The position numbers and the translations under genes are program-made. The notes below the pieces were generated by a model. The model did not search any database and had not been told where the DNA came from. It saw only the letters and a list, made by a program, of their open reading frames with translations. From an uncultured Planctomycetaceae bacterium (GTDB lineage: Bacteria; Planctomycetota; Planctomycetia; Planctomycetales; Planctomycetaceae), in NCBI GenBank assembly GCA_963815195.1, contig CAWFGE010000015.1, forward strand, positions 480,001-544,000: DNA of 64,000 nucleotides, written 5' to 3'. The first letter of the stretch is position 1. Every line of letters starts with the position of its first letter. This document shows positions 1 through 10,510 of the stretch, one piece after another.

Positions 1-41
1 ACGAGCCGTCGGCGGTCAGTATTTAATGATTGAATGACGTT

Positions 42-1121
42 TCAACACCGACCAGGCTCCGCGGGGTCGTCCCAGGTGATGACGCCGTCGCATGTGAAGC
101 GGACGATGTTCGGCTTCCACCGCAACGGCATTTCCGGCTGACATTGAGGAAGGAGATACTCGGCGAGGTTTCCATCGGCGAGCGCACGGTAGCCGAGGTA
201 GCTCGTCGTGAGCCGGGGGTTGATTTCGACGATCAACAACTCCTCCGGGTTTTGCCTGGGGGCCAGGAGATCGATGCCGACGTAGCCCGAGAGTCCTGGC
301 AGCAGCCGGGCGATTTCGCGGAACCGCTGGGTCGCGACGTGTTGCAGGGCGATCGTTTCGGGAATCCGCCCGCCCAGGTAGCCGAAGCGGCCATCGCCGG
401 TCAGGTGCTGCTCGGCGAGCGGAAAGACTTCCAGCCAAGGCTCGTCGTTCCACTCGACTTCGCCCACAATCGCCGCCACCGACAGCGTGCGGCCGGGAAT
501 ATAAGGCTGCACGATCCACGCGCGGCTCGCGGACGAGAACGATGCAAGGAGCCGGTTCCACTCGGCCCCGTCGTGAACCAGAAACGTGTCCTGGGAGCCG
601 GCCCCGTCGCGGGGTTTGATCACCAGCGGAAAACCCCACTCGTCGGCAAACTTGGAGTAGGGCTCCGCAAATTCGCGGGTGGGGATCGTGGGGAGATCCC
701 GGGATTCGAGTTCCCCCGCGAGGGAGAGTTTATCCGTGGCGCGGCGAATCGATTCAACGGAGCAATTCAAGGAGAAGGTCCCGATCCGGTTCACCAATTC
801 GCAGCGGTCGGCGAGCAGATTTTGAAACTCGGGCGCGATCAGAAACGCGGCGCCGGCTTCCCGGCAGAATTCTTGAAAGATTTCCTTTTCTTCCTCGGGA
901 TCGCTGATGAGGCAGGCTTCGATGTTTTCCGCCTGTGACCCGCTGAGCGGAAACGATCCAAAGCGGCGGTCCCAGGTGGTGAGGACTTCGCAGCCGGGCA
1001 CTTGCGCGAAGTCGCCGGCGATCGCCGAGAGCATCGCCGTGCCTTCCCGCAAAAGCGAAGCGGGGATCTCTGGGGTGGCCCAGGCTCCGCTCGTCAGGAA
1101 TTCCGAAACGAAAATCCGCAC
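42..1121 (-). CDS. ATP-grasp protein, MfnD/tyramine-glutamate ligase-like (C1-cofactor biosynthesis type)
   Basis: N-terminal 'SLLREGTAML', 'LIAPEF', ATP-grasp motifs 'VIKPRDGAGS', 'GYVGIDLL', 'VEINPRLTTSY'. Confidence 0.75.
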   Translation of the reverse strand: MRIFVSEFLTSGAWATPEIPASLLREGTAMLSAIAGDFAQVPGCEVLTTWDRRFGSFPLSGSQAENIEACLISDPEEEKEIFQEFCREAGAAFLIAPEFQNLLADRCELVNRIGTFSLNCSVESIRRATDKLSLAGELESRDLPTIPTREFAEPYSKFADEWGFPLVIKPRDGAGSQDTFLVHDGAEWNRLLASFSSASRAWIVQPYIPGRTLSVAAIVGEVEWNDEPWLEVFPLAEQHLTGDGRFGYLGGRIPETIALQHVATQRFREIARLLPGLSGYVGIDLLAPRQNPEELLIVEINPRLTTSYLGYRALADGNLAEYLLPQCQPEMPLRWKPNIVRFTCDGVITWDDPAEPGRC

Positions 1122-1374
1122 GGCCGATTCCTCGCATCTTGACGAGTCGGATGGAATGTCGCGGCAGAACGTCCCCGCCAGACGCCGGCACGCTGCCGTG
1201 GCTTTGAGGATGGAACAATGTGATTATGGCGAAACGGGATTCGCAATCTCTCTGCCGGGTACGATATAAGATCGGGGCCTCGGAGGGAAGAACCACAACC
1301 GCCGGAAATGCCGAGGGACTCGGAATTCCGTTGCGCAACGCTCCGGTAACAAACGCCGGTTGGCCCCTTTTCCG

Positions 1375-1400
1375 GGAACCTTTGCCCTGGCGGATTCGTC
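1375..1400 (+). promoter_or_regulatory. possible ECF-sigma promoter upstream of the DoxX-cytochrome pair
   Basis: GGAACC-N16-CGTC spacing matches common ECF -35/-10 consensus. Confidence 0.3.
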
Positions 1401-1412
1401 CCAGTTTGTGGT

Positions 1413-1943
1413 GTGATAGAAGGAAACGCGTTCTCGTCGATTGATCGGATGCCGATGTCCCCCGAAGCCGAAACCCCAGAAAAAAAGCCGGCGTGTCCGT
1501 CGCCGACGTTCCTGCGGCTGGCAGCGGGGTTTGTGTACTTCCAGTTCGGGCTGCTCAAGTTCTTTCCCGATTTGAGCGAGGCGGAACTCATCGCGGGCCA
1601 GACGATCATGCGAATTTCCGGACATTGGCTGGATGCGAAGACGGCCCTGTGGTGGCTGGCGGTGGTGGAGTGCACGATCGGACTGAGTTTTCTGTTCAAT
1701 ATCGGTATGCGGTGGATGTTTTTTGTGTTCGCTTTGCACCAGGCGAGCACGTTTCTGCCGCTGTTCCTGTTCCCCGAAATCACGTTCAAGTTCGTCCCGT
1801 TCGCCCCGACCTTGGAAGGTCAATACATTATGAAGAACCTCGTCTCGGTGGCCGCGGGCTGGACGGTGATGTTCCCCGCCGTCAAAGCGGCCTGGAAACG
1901 AAACCCGGCGGACGAGCTTTCGCCGACACCCCCATCCTCGTGA
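1413..1943 (+). CDS. DoxX-family membrane protein (true start probably ~1449-1455)
   Basis: Hydrophobic helices with 'FGLLKFFPDLSEAE' and 'PTLEGQYIMKNLV'. Confidence 0.75.
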   Translation: MIEGNAFSSIDRMPMSPEAETPEKKPACPSPTFLRLAAGFVYFQFGLLKFFPDLSEAELIAGQTIMRISGHWLDAKTALWWLAVVECTIGLSFLFNIGMRWMFFVFALHQASTFLPLFLFPEITFKFVPFAPTLEGQYIMKNLVSVAAGWTVMFPAVKAAWKRNPADELSPTPPSS

Positions 1944-1950
1944 GGAAATC

Positions 1951-3501
1951 ATGTCGCCTAATCTGAGTCGTCTCGTGGCAGCCGTGGGAGTGGCGGTCCT
2001 GTTGGTCGGCACGGTGATCACCTACGAGAAATACCGCGGCACCGATCTGAGCCGGGTCCCGGCGCTGGCAATGATAGGCGGCGACGGCGAAGACGCCGAC
2101 GATCAAAGTTCGCCCGAGGCCGTTCGCGGTTTGAAGGCGTCCCCGGCCGCCGGGCATTCGCGAATGCTGACCAAGGATCTCACCGTGTATCCCATGATGA
2201 AAAAAGGCATGCGGACGCCGTTCGACGTGTGGCGGTATTATGGCCGGGGAGAGACGTCTTTCGGTTCGCCGATGCTGCCGATGCGGTTCGAGCAGTGGGT
2301 CCTTTTTCATCAAAAGCAAAAGCCGGGGCTGATGCGGGACATCAAAACGTACATGGAATCGCGGTTCGACTTTTCGGGACAGACGGTTCCGGGGCAGTTG
2401 ATGTCCGGCGGGAAGCCGATCATGCTCGGGCCCGTCGCGAGGCTCTCTGGCGAAGTAGAATCGTTCGAAGCGTTGGCGAAGCGGTCTCCCCAGGAGATCA
2501 AAGAGGAAGGCCTGTTCCCCTATGTGCCGCTGGCGCATCCGCTCCAGTCCACCGCGCACATGGTGTTCCCGGAGCAGTGGATCAAGGCGCATCCCGAGCA
2601 TCGGCGGATCGATGTGGACATGGATTTTCCGGATGCCTACCTGCCGGAGTTCCCGCCGCCTTTGTTTTTGACGACGCACAAGGAACTGGGCGATGTGACC
2701 AACGGCCGGGAGGTCACGCTCGACAATTTCTATGAAATCTTCGACGGGATTCTGACGCCCGAGCAGATGGAGGGATTGAAGGAACTCTTGCGGCCGTCGC
2801 CGACGACGTGGTTCAACCACACGGAGCACCGCGTGACGCGAAAGCCGTCGAAAGGCGTGGCGTGTTTCGACTGCCACGTCAACGGGCACACGAACGGGGC
2901 GTTCGAATTGGGACCCGATTCCCGCCCGCACATGGCCCGGCTCCGCGTGGACACGCCCACGATGCGGGGCAACTTCAACCTCATGCAGTTGTCGTCGAAG
3001 CGGTCGATCCGCAGCCTGGATCATTTCGCGGAAGTCGAAGAATACTTCGACGGCGACCCCGGCATGCAGCAGGCGATCGGCCCGCGGGCGGTCAAGCGGG
3101 AAGTCACCAACCGCATGGGGGACTTTAACGCCATCATCGACAACCCGCCCGCACCGAAACTCGGCCCGTTGATGCGGCTCATCCCGGAAGAGGCCACCGC
3201 GCAGGAACTCCGCGGCGAGGCGCTGTTCCACGGGAAGGCCCAATGCGCCAAATGCCACTCCGGCCCGGCGTTCGTGGACGATTATCTGCACGACCTGCGG
3301 GCCGAGCGGTTTTATGTCGGCCGGCCTGAAGGACCGATCAAGACGTTTCCGCTGCGGGGTATCAAAGATTCCCCGCCCTATCTCCACGACGGCCGCTGCC
3401 CCACGCTGCACGATGCGGTGGAGTTTTTCAACCTCGTCCTGGAACTCAAACTCACGCGGGAAGAAAAAGACGACCTCGTGGCGTTTCTGCTCTGTTTGTG
3501 A
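1951..3501 (+). CDS. exported di-heme c-type cytochrome (CcP/MauG-superfamily-like)
   Basis: N-terminal TM/signal, two CXXCH motifs (CFDCH, CAKCH), C-terminal 'KTFPLRGIKDSPPYLHDGR'. Confidence 0.75.
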   Translation: MSPNLSRLVAAVGVAVLLVGTVITYEKYRGTDLSRVPALAMIGGDGEDADDQSSPEAVRGLKASPAAGHSRMLTKDLTVYPMMKKGMRTPFDVWRYYGRGETSFGSPMLPMRFEQWVLFHQKQKPGLMRDIKTYMESRFDFSGQTVPGQLMSGGKPIMLGPVARLSGEVESFEALAKRSPQEIKEEGLFPYVPLAHPLQSTAHMVFPEQWIKAHPEHRRIDVDMDFPDAYLPEFPPPLFLTTHKELGDVTNGREVTLDNFYEIFDGILTPEQMEGLKELLRPSPTTWFNHTEHRVTRKPSKGVACFDCHVNGHTNGAFELGPDSRPHMARLRVDTPTMRGNFNLMQLSSKRSIRSLDHFAEVEEYFDGDPGMQQAIGPRAVKREVTNRMGDFNAIIDNPPAPKLGPLMRLIPEEATAQELRGEALFHGKAQCAKCHSGPAFVDDYLHDLRAERFYVGRPEGPIKTFPLRGIKDSPPYLHDGRCPTLHDAVEFFNLVLELKLTREEKDDLVAFLLCL

Positions 3502-3507
3502 CCGAAG

Positions 3508-4205
3508 CTACTTCACAAACTCGGGCGTGATGAACACCAACGTCTGCCGCTTTTCTCGCGCAACGGCCACGTTACGGAAATACCTCGAGATTAGGGGCAA
3601 ATCACCGAGGACGGGAACCTTGTTTACTGAGGCGGCGTTCATAAAATGCGTTCCCAAATTGACGACCAGTGTTTGGCCCAAAGGCACGGTGGCATCGATG
3701 TGGGTGGATTGGCCGCGGTTTTTGCCGTCGATTTTCAAATCCAACGCTCCAGGCGCTTTGGAGAACCTGGCCAGCATCTTAATCTCCATCGAATAATTCT
3801 CGGTGCCCGGCGGGCCGGTCTGTGCCAAGTGCATCTCCGTTGGCTTGTCCAAGAACCCGCGAGCTTGAGGTCGCGAGAGAATTTTGCAGCTCCCCGCCAA
3901 CTTTTGTTGGAGCGATTGGGCCGCGGTCGGTGTCAGAACGATGTAGGGTTTGGGTTTCTCGGCGGAAGCCTTTTTCACTGGGGAATTTTTGGGGGCCGAT
4001 TGGAAAGCGATCCCCAGGTCCGGCACATCCACAAACAGGACCTGGGCGGTGAGATTCTCGGCGGTGATATGAGGTTTTTCGGCAACGGCCGGTGGGCGTT
4101 TGGGGTTGCGCGGGGAGGAGCTTGATCCCCGCAGAATCCGCGATCGGCGAATCCCACGAAACCTGCACCAAACAAAACCGCCGCCAACAGAACATGTCGG
4201 ATCAT
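3508..4205 (-). CDS. short secretin-like (type II/III secretion C-terminal domain) protein, frameshifted near N-terminus
   Basis: Signal peptide MIRHVLLAAVLFGAG in one frame; 'KVPVLGDLPLISRYFRN...LVFITPEFV' secretin motif in another. Confidence 0.55.
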
Positions 4206-4373
4206 CGCACACTCCTTTGTACACGGACGAAAAACCGCGCGGACTTTACCAGTCCAGCGGTGATCGCTCAAGACCATCTGTGCCGTGCTTGACGTTTGTG
4301 TTCGCGTCCACGTACCTTATCGGTTGGCAAATTCCGCGCGCTCCACCCGCATCTTTCTTCGGAATGAACATCT

Positions 4374-5372
4374 ATGGCCAAAGCTTTCCTTTCGATGCTG
4401 GTTCTCTTTCCGCTGGCCCCCGCGCTTCGGGCGGCGGAGGATGCGGAGGCTCGGCAGACGGTGATTGTCGTCGTCGGCACGCCGGGGAATGAGGAATATG
4501 CGAAGAACTTTTCCCAATGGGCCGACCGTTGGGAAACGGCCGTCAAGAAGGCGCAGGCGAAGCTGGTGCGGATCGGCGATGGGCCGGAACCGAAGGACGC
4601 CGATGAATCCAGCGACCGCGCGGTGCTCGAGCAAACCTTCGCGGGCCTGGCGGAGGCGAAACCCGCCGCGGTGTGGCTGGTGTTGATCGGGCACGGCACC
4701 TTCGACGGAAAGCGGGCGAAGTTCAACCTGCGCGGGCCGGATGTCACCGCGGAGGACCTGGCCGAGTGGCTGGGGCCGCTTTCGGCGCCCGTGGCGGTGG
4801 TGAATTGTGCTTCCGCGAGCGGGCCGTTTATCAATCGGCTCTCCGGCGAGAACCGGGTGATCGTCACCGCGGCCAAAAGCGGCTACGAACTGAACTACGC
4901 CCGGTTCGGCGAGCATCTGTCCGCCTCGATCGCCGACCCCGACGCCGACCTCGACAAGGACGGGCAGACTTCGCTGTTGGAAGCGTTTCTCGCGGCGTCG
5001 GCGGCGGCCCAGGATTTCTACAAGCAGGAAGGCCGACTGGCGACCGAGCACGCTTTGATCGACGACAACGGCGACGCCTTGGGCACGCCGGCGGATTGGT
5101 TTCGCGGCTTCCGCGCGGTCCGCACCGCGAAAGAAGGCGCTGTTCCCGACGGCAGCCGGGCGAACCAGTTTGTGCTCGTTACCGGCAAAGACGATGAGCG
5201 ATTGACGGCCCGAGCGAAAAAACGCCGCGACGAATTGGAACTCGAAATCGCCGGATTACGATCGCAGAAGCCGCAACTCGCCGAGGACGATTATTACCGC
5301 CGACTGGAGCCGTTGCTGTTGGACCTCGCCCGGTTGTACGCGGAAGCCGAGTCGGAATCCGCAAAGCACTAA
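4374..5372 (+). CDS. exported hypothetical protein, caspase/peptidase C13-like fold
   Basis: Signal peptide, 'LIGHGTFDG', 'VVNCASASG', 'ADLDKDGQTSLLEAF'. Confidence 0.55.
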   Translation: MAKAFLSMLVLFPLAPALRAAEDAEARQTVIVVVGTPGNEEYAKNFSQWADRWETAVKKAQAKLVRIGDGPEPKDADESSDRAVLEQTFAGLAEAKPAAVWLVLIGHGTFDGKRAKFNLRGPDVTAEDLAEWLGPLSAPVAVVNCASASGPFINRLSGENRVIVTAAKSGYELNYARFGEHLSASIADPDADLDKDGQTSLLEAFLAASAAAQDFYKQEGRLATEHALIDDNGDALGTPADWFRGFRAVRTAKEGAVPDGSRANQFVLVTGKDDERLTARAKKRRDELELEIAGLRSQKPQLAEDDYYRRLEPLLLDLARLYAEAESESAKH

Positions 5373-5458
5373 AGGCGAGCGGGAGGTGTCAGCCTCCTGG
5401 TTTCTTTGGGTTTCAGGTGGATCAACATGACCAGGAGGCTTACGCCTCCCGCTCGCCT
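5373..5458. repeat. REPIN-like inverted pair, GGCGAGCG family
   Basis: AGGCGAGCGGGAGGTGTCAGCCTCCTGG ... CCAGGAGGCTTACGCCTCCCGCTCGCCT; near-identical arms at 18664-18749. Confidence 0.85.
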
Positions 5459-6755
5459 GGACGCGAATGGCCGCAGGCTCTCGCGGCCAACAGCACGACC
5501 GCGGGCATGACGGGGGCGCGCATGCGGGTGTTGGACCAGTACACGAGATGCACCGCGCAAAAGCCGGCGATCATCAACACCAGCGGCCACCATAAAGCCC
5601 ACTCCGCGCGCCGCAGCCGAACGAGTCCGACGAGAAAGCCCAGGACGATGAGGCCGTAAAACACAGCGACCAATCCCGTCACGATGCCCACGAAAATCCC
5701 CGCCGCCGAGGCCCAGGTTTCAAGGCCCAACGCCTGGCAGCCGCGCTTCCAGAGTTTGGCCACGGCGCTCTGGGCGGACACCGGCGGCAGCACGTTCCAG
5801 AACCTGAGGAACCTGAGGCCGCACGCCCGCAGAAACAGCCCCGGCTCATCGAAGATGTTTCGCCGAGCCCGGCGGGCCAACCAGCGGTCGCGTTCGATTT
5901 CGGTTGTCGCCGGCGGCCGGGCCTGGCTCATGTCTTTTTCCAGGGAAGCTTGCCAGCGGGCGAGACTGTCGCCCTGCCAGGTCGTGCCTAAGGGAGCCTC
6001 GACCACTTCCTGGTAAAACACGGGATTGTTCCCCAAGAGCAACGTGTAGCCGCCGTGCGTGGTCGTGAGGCGGGGCTGGCCGAGGACGACGGCATTCCGG
6101 ATCACCCAAGGCGACACGCCGACGAGCAGTCCCAAAACGGCCAGCCAAGGCATCGGCGTCGGGGCGGCCGTCCGCCGGGACCTGTCGGCCCAAATCGCGA
6201 GGGCGAGGATTCCAAAGATCAAAAACGTCGGGCGGCTGAGTACGCACAACGCCAACACGAGTCCCGCGAAAAATTGCCGCGGCCGCGAAACGGGCAACGG
6301 CACCAAAAGACAGAGCATCCCCACTGCCAGAAACGTGCACAGCGTTTCGGTCATGGGCACCGTGGAGTATTGCAACAGCAACGGATCGACAGCGATAACG
6401 ACGGCCGCGGCTTTGGCGCCCCGATCGAGATTCAACCGCAGACCGAGCCCCCACGTCAAAAACACCGTCCCCGTTCCAAAGAGGACGTGCAGAAAGGCAA
6501 TCCCCGCATTCCCGCCGCCCGCCGCGAAGATCGCGGACAATAAAAGCGGATAAAGCGGCGGCCGGAATGCGGTCGGCCGGCCCGTTTCGGGATTCGAGAA
6601 GCCGTCCCCCGCCGCGACTTGTTCCGCAATTCCGCGATAGCCGTCGATGTCGTCGTTCAGCCGGTCTCGCTGCACCGCGAGGCGCCGCCGCGAACGCAGA
6701 GCGTCAGTGCGAACAACCCGATCAAAAATCGCTTGTGGGCGTGAACTCGAGACAC
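5440..6755 (-). CDS. ArnT/GT39-like membrane glycosyltransferase (frameshift ~6680)
   Basis: Polytopic membrane ORF with 'TAFRPPLYPLLL', 'MTETLCTFL', 'PWVIRN'; N-terminal TM in adjacent frame. Confidence 0.7.
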
Positions 6756-6914
6756 GTTAACTCGCCGGCGGCTCCTTACGGGGAAATGGACAGTCGATAT
6801 TCTATTATAAGGGGCAGGCCTCAATTGAAACCAATTGCCGCATCGGGTTATCCTGGCGGTGACATACGACAAATCCTTGTCGGTTCTTCTTGCGCTCCTG
6901 GAAGGTTTCAACCC

Positions 6915-8327
6915 ATGCGATTAATTCGCTTCTGCGTTCCGGCCTTGTGCGGATTCTTGATGGCTGTTTTATCCGTCGCCGCTCCGCTGTCTTTGAAGGC
7001 GGCCGAGGCGAAGCCGAACATTGTGATTCTGCTCGCCGACGACCTGGGCTATGCCGACGTGAGCTTCCACGGGGGAAAAATCCCCACGCCTCACATCGAC
7101 CGCATCGCGAAGGAAGGCGTGCGGCTCGAGCGGTTTTATGCCTGCCCGGTCTGCTCTCCGACGCGGGCGGGTTTGATGACGGGCCGCTGGCCGTTGCGGA
7201 TGGGAATTATGCGGACCGTGATTCCGCCGTGGCGGAAGTGGGGCCTGCCCGCGGAGGAAAAAACGCTTGCGGAGCTTCTGGCCGACGCCGGTTACAAGCA
7301 CCGCGGCATCTTGGGCAAATGGCATCTCGGCCACGGCAAGCCCAGCCATCACCCTTTGGACAACGGCTTCACGTATTTCTACGGCCATTACAACGGGGCG
7401 ATCGATTATTTCACCCATGAGCGGGAAGGCGAAACCGACTGGCACCGAAACCGCGAGACGATCAAGGAGGAGGGCTACACGACCGAACTGCTCGCGGCCG
7501 ATGCGGAGCGTTTTATCAACGAGTGCTCCGCCGAGCAGCCGTTCTTTTTGTACGTGCCGTTCAACGCGGTGCACAGTCCGTTTCAATCGCTGGACCGCGA
7601 CGTCGAGAAGTTTCCCGATGTCCGCCCCAAACGCCGGCGGGTTTATTCGGGGATGACCGCGGCTTTGGACCGGGCCGTGGGGAAGATTCTCGATGCCCTC
7701 GACAAGCGGAACCTCGCCGACAATACCTTTGTGCTGTTTTTCTCCGACAACGGCGGCGTGCGCGGCGTGGGAGACAACACGCCGCTCCGCGGAGCAAAGA
7801 CGACCGTGTACGAAGGCGGCATCCGCGTGGCGGCCGCGGCCCGCTGGCCGGCGGGCGGCATCCAAGGCGGCGGCTCCGTCAACGGCGTGATGGGCTACAT
7901 CGACGTGTACCCCACCGTCAAGCGGATCGCCGGCCTGGAAAATGTTCCCGACCCCAACCCGCTCGACGGCGTGGATGTTCTCGACGTGATGCGCAGCCGA
8001 GGCGAAGCGCCGAATCGCGACTGGTTCAGCTATATCTCGATGAAAGGCACCGACGAACATGTCAGCGTGATCTCGGGCCGATATAAGCTCAACGTCCACG
8101 GCCCGTCGGTTTTGGAAAAGAACGCCGACGCGGACCGCACCCTGGAGCTTTTCGACCTGGAACAGGATCCGCGGGAAACCACGAACCTCATCGGCGATCA
8201 AAAAGACCGGGCCGACTCCTTGATGGAAAAACTCAAGACGTTTCGAAGTTGGAAGATCCACGGCGTGGACGGCTACGACGCCGGCCGCGAAGGGTTCAAA
8301 GCCCCGAAAGATTGGATCATCAAATAA
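6915..8327 (+). CDS. arylsulfatase (sulfatase family S1)
   Basis: Signal peptide, 'PNIVILLADDLGY', FGly motif CSPTR, 'GKWHLG', 'FFSDNGG'. Confidence 0.93.
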   Translation: MRLIRFCVPALCGFLMAVLSVAAPLSLKAAEAKPNIVILLADDLGYADVSFHGGKIPTPHIDRIAKEGVRLERFYACPVCSPTRAGLMTGRWPLRMGIMRTVIPPWRKWGLPAEEKTLAELLADAGYKHRGILGKWHLGHGKPSHHPLDNGFTYFYGHYNGAIDYFTHEREGETDWHRNRETIKEEGYTTELLAADAERFINECSAEQPFFLYVPFNAVHSPFQSLDRDVEKFPDVRPKRRRVYSGMTAALDRAVGKILDALDKRNLADNTFVLFFSDNGGVRGVGDNTPLRGAKTTVYEGGIRVAAAARWPAGGIQGGGSVNGVMGYIDVYPTVKRIAGLENVPDPNPLDGVDVLDVMRSRGEAPNRDWFSYISMKGTDEHVSVISGRYKLNVHGPSVLEKNADADRTLELFDLEQDPRETTNLIGDQKDRADSLMEKLKTFRSWKIHGVDGYDAGREGFKAPKDWIIK

Positions 8328-8336
8328 ACTCCTTCC

Positions 8337-8358
8337 GTAGCGGCGGCATCTTGCCGCC
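8337..8358 (+). repeat. GTAG-type REP
   Basis: GTAGCGGCGGCATCTTGCCGCC; exact inverted copy in the 22795-22852 pair. Confidence 0.75.
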
Positions 8359-8360
8359 CC

Positions 8361-8549
8361 CCCTCGTTCCCAAGCTCCGGCTTGGGAACGCACTTGTTGC
8401 CAGGTTCTCCCTGGCAGCGTGCGAAGCGTCGTGCGACTTGCTTCCACATGGCAACGATAGGGCGGGTTTGCAGGCGAGTTCGTTGGGAACGCGTTGCGAA
8501 GCGGAGCTTCGCGAGAGTGCGTTCCCAAGCCGGAGCTTGGGAACGAGGG
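8361..8549. repeat. ~190-bp MITE/REPIN-like element with 33-bp perfect terminal inverted repeats
   Basis: CCCTCGTTCCCAAGCTCCGGCTTGGGAACGCAC ... GTGCGTTCCCAAGCCGGAGCTTGGGAACGAGGG; each arm is itself a hairpin. Confidence 0.85.
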
Positions 8550-8579
8550 AAGGCTTTGCCGGTTAAATGAAAGGCGACC

Positions 8580-10290
8580 ATGAATCCTGCCTCAAAAATA
8601 ATTCCGTTCTTTTGCGGTCGATCGATTCACTGCTTCGCCTTGGTGATGTTCTGCGGCGTGCTGTTGGACCGTTCCGCGATGAGCGCGGCCGTTGCCGATG
8701 AGACCGCCGCTCCGGTCCCTGTCTCTCCCGAGGTGCTGAAACAGTACGAAACCTTCGCCTTGACCCACGACGGCGATGCCCAGCGCGGCAAGGCGGTGTT
8801 TGCCGACGAAAAGTGTTCCAAGTGTGCGGTGTGCCACAAAGTCAACGGGCGCGGCGGCGAGGTGGGGCCGGACTTGTCGCGGATCGGCGGGAAGTTCGAC
8901 CGCCCGCATTTGATCGAGTCTCTGTTGGAACCGTCCCGGCAGATCGTGGAAGGTTACCGCGTGACGATGTTCGCGCTCAAAGACGGCCGGGTGCTTGTGG
9001 GCATCGTCAAGGAACGCGATGAAAAAACGCTGACGCTACTCGACGCGGCGAACAAAAAGTTCTCCATCGCCAAGGACCAGATCGCCGAGCGGCACGAGAG
9101 CACGCGGTCGCTGATGCCCGACGGCCTCGCCGGGAATTGGAACCGGGAGCAGTTCACCGATCTGGTGGCCTATCTGGAAACGCTGCGGACCGGTTCCGAC
9201 GCCAAGTTCGGGGCGGGCGTGCGCGGTGGGATCCGGTTGCCGAAGGGATTTTCCATCGAAACCGTCGCCACGGGACTTTCCGGGGCGACGGCGCTCTGAA
9301 ACGACGGCGGACGGGCGGGTTTTCCTTTGCGAGCAGGAAGGCCGATTGCGGGTCGTCAAGCAGGACCGGTTGCTCGAGGAGCCGTTTGCCTCGTTCCCGG
9401 TGGACGCGAATTGGGAGCGCGGCCTGATCGGCGTCACCGTGCATCCCGATTTTCCCAAGACGCCCTCTGTTTATGTGTGCTATGTGGCGAAGGATCCCTA
9501 TCCGCATCATCGCGTGAGCCGCTTGACCGCGGTCGGCGATGTCGCCCGGCCGGGCAGCGAGCGGATTCTGTTCGAAGGCGACGACCAGCGCAAGCTCGGC
9601 GGCAAAGTCCCGGCGGGGCATCAAGGCGGAGCTTTGCATTTCGGCCGGGATGGGAAACTTTATCTTTCCCTGGGCGAGCAAACCGCCGAGACACCTTCGC
9701 AGAAATTGGATTCGCTGCTCGGAAAAATCCTCCGCCTCAATCCCGACGGCTCGATCCCCGCGGACAATCCGTTTTACGAAGAGACCCAAGGCAAATACCG
9801 CGCGATCTCGGCGCGGGGCTTTCGAAATCCCTTCACGTTCGCCATTCATCCGGAATCCGGGCTGATGCTCATTAACGATGTGGGCGGAAAATTCGAGGAA
9901 ATCAACGCCGGCCGCGCGGGCGGGAACTACGGTTGGCCCGTGGTCGATCATGGGCCGCGAAAGAAGGACGACAAGTTCCTCGGGCCGATCCACTGGTATC
10001 CGCAGGCTTCGATCGCCGGCGGAGATTTCGTGCCCGCGTCCGCCAATTGGCCCCAGGCGTTTCGCGACCGCTATCTGTTCGCGGATTTTGTGCAAGGGGA
10101 GATCCGCGCGATCGATCCCGGCCGCGCCGAGACCGCGGCCCCGTTTGCAGCGGGTCTCCGCCGCCCGGTCGATTTGCGATTCGCCCGCGATGGCAGTCTA
10201 TATATCCTCTTGCGAAACGCGTGGGTCATTGACGGCAAATACCAACCCGGCACGAGTTCGCTGATGAAAATCACGTTTGCTGGTTCCTAG
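8580..10290 (+). CDS. cytochrome c (putative heme-binding domain) fused to PQQ-dependent sugar dehydrogenase-like propeller; frameshift ~9297
   Basis: CAVCH, 'GPDLSRIG', 'SLMPDGL' in ORF 8580-9299; 'HQGGALHFGRDGKLY', 'GFRNPF', 'GGNYGWP' in ORF 9226-10290. Confidence 0.8.
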
Positions 10291-10510
10291 TGCTTGTTGG
10301 TGGCCAAACATCGGATCAAGTTTCGAACCGAGCCATTCCAAGTGAGGATGGAAGATAGAGGATGGAGGATCGCAAGACAGGCAGTAGGCGGCACACAGAG
10401 TCTAACCTCCATCCTCTAACCTCGATCCTCACTCACAATCGGGACCTCGCGTCGATTCATTCTGGCGTTCTCACCCCAAGACAACTTCCTCAGTTCAACA
10501 GGAGCGATTC

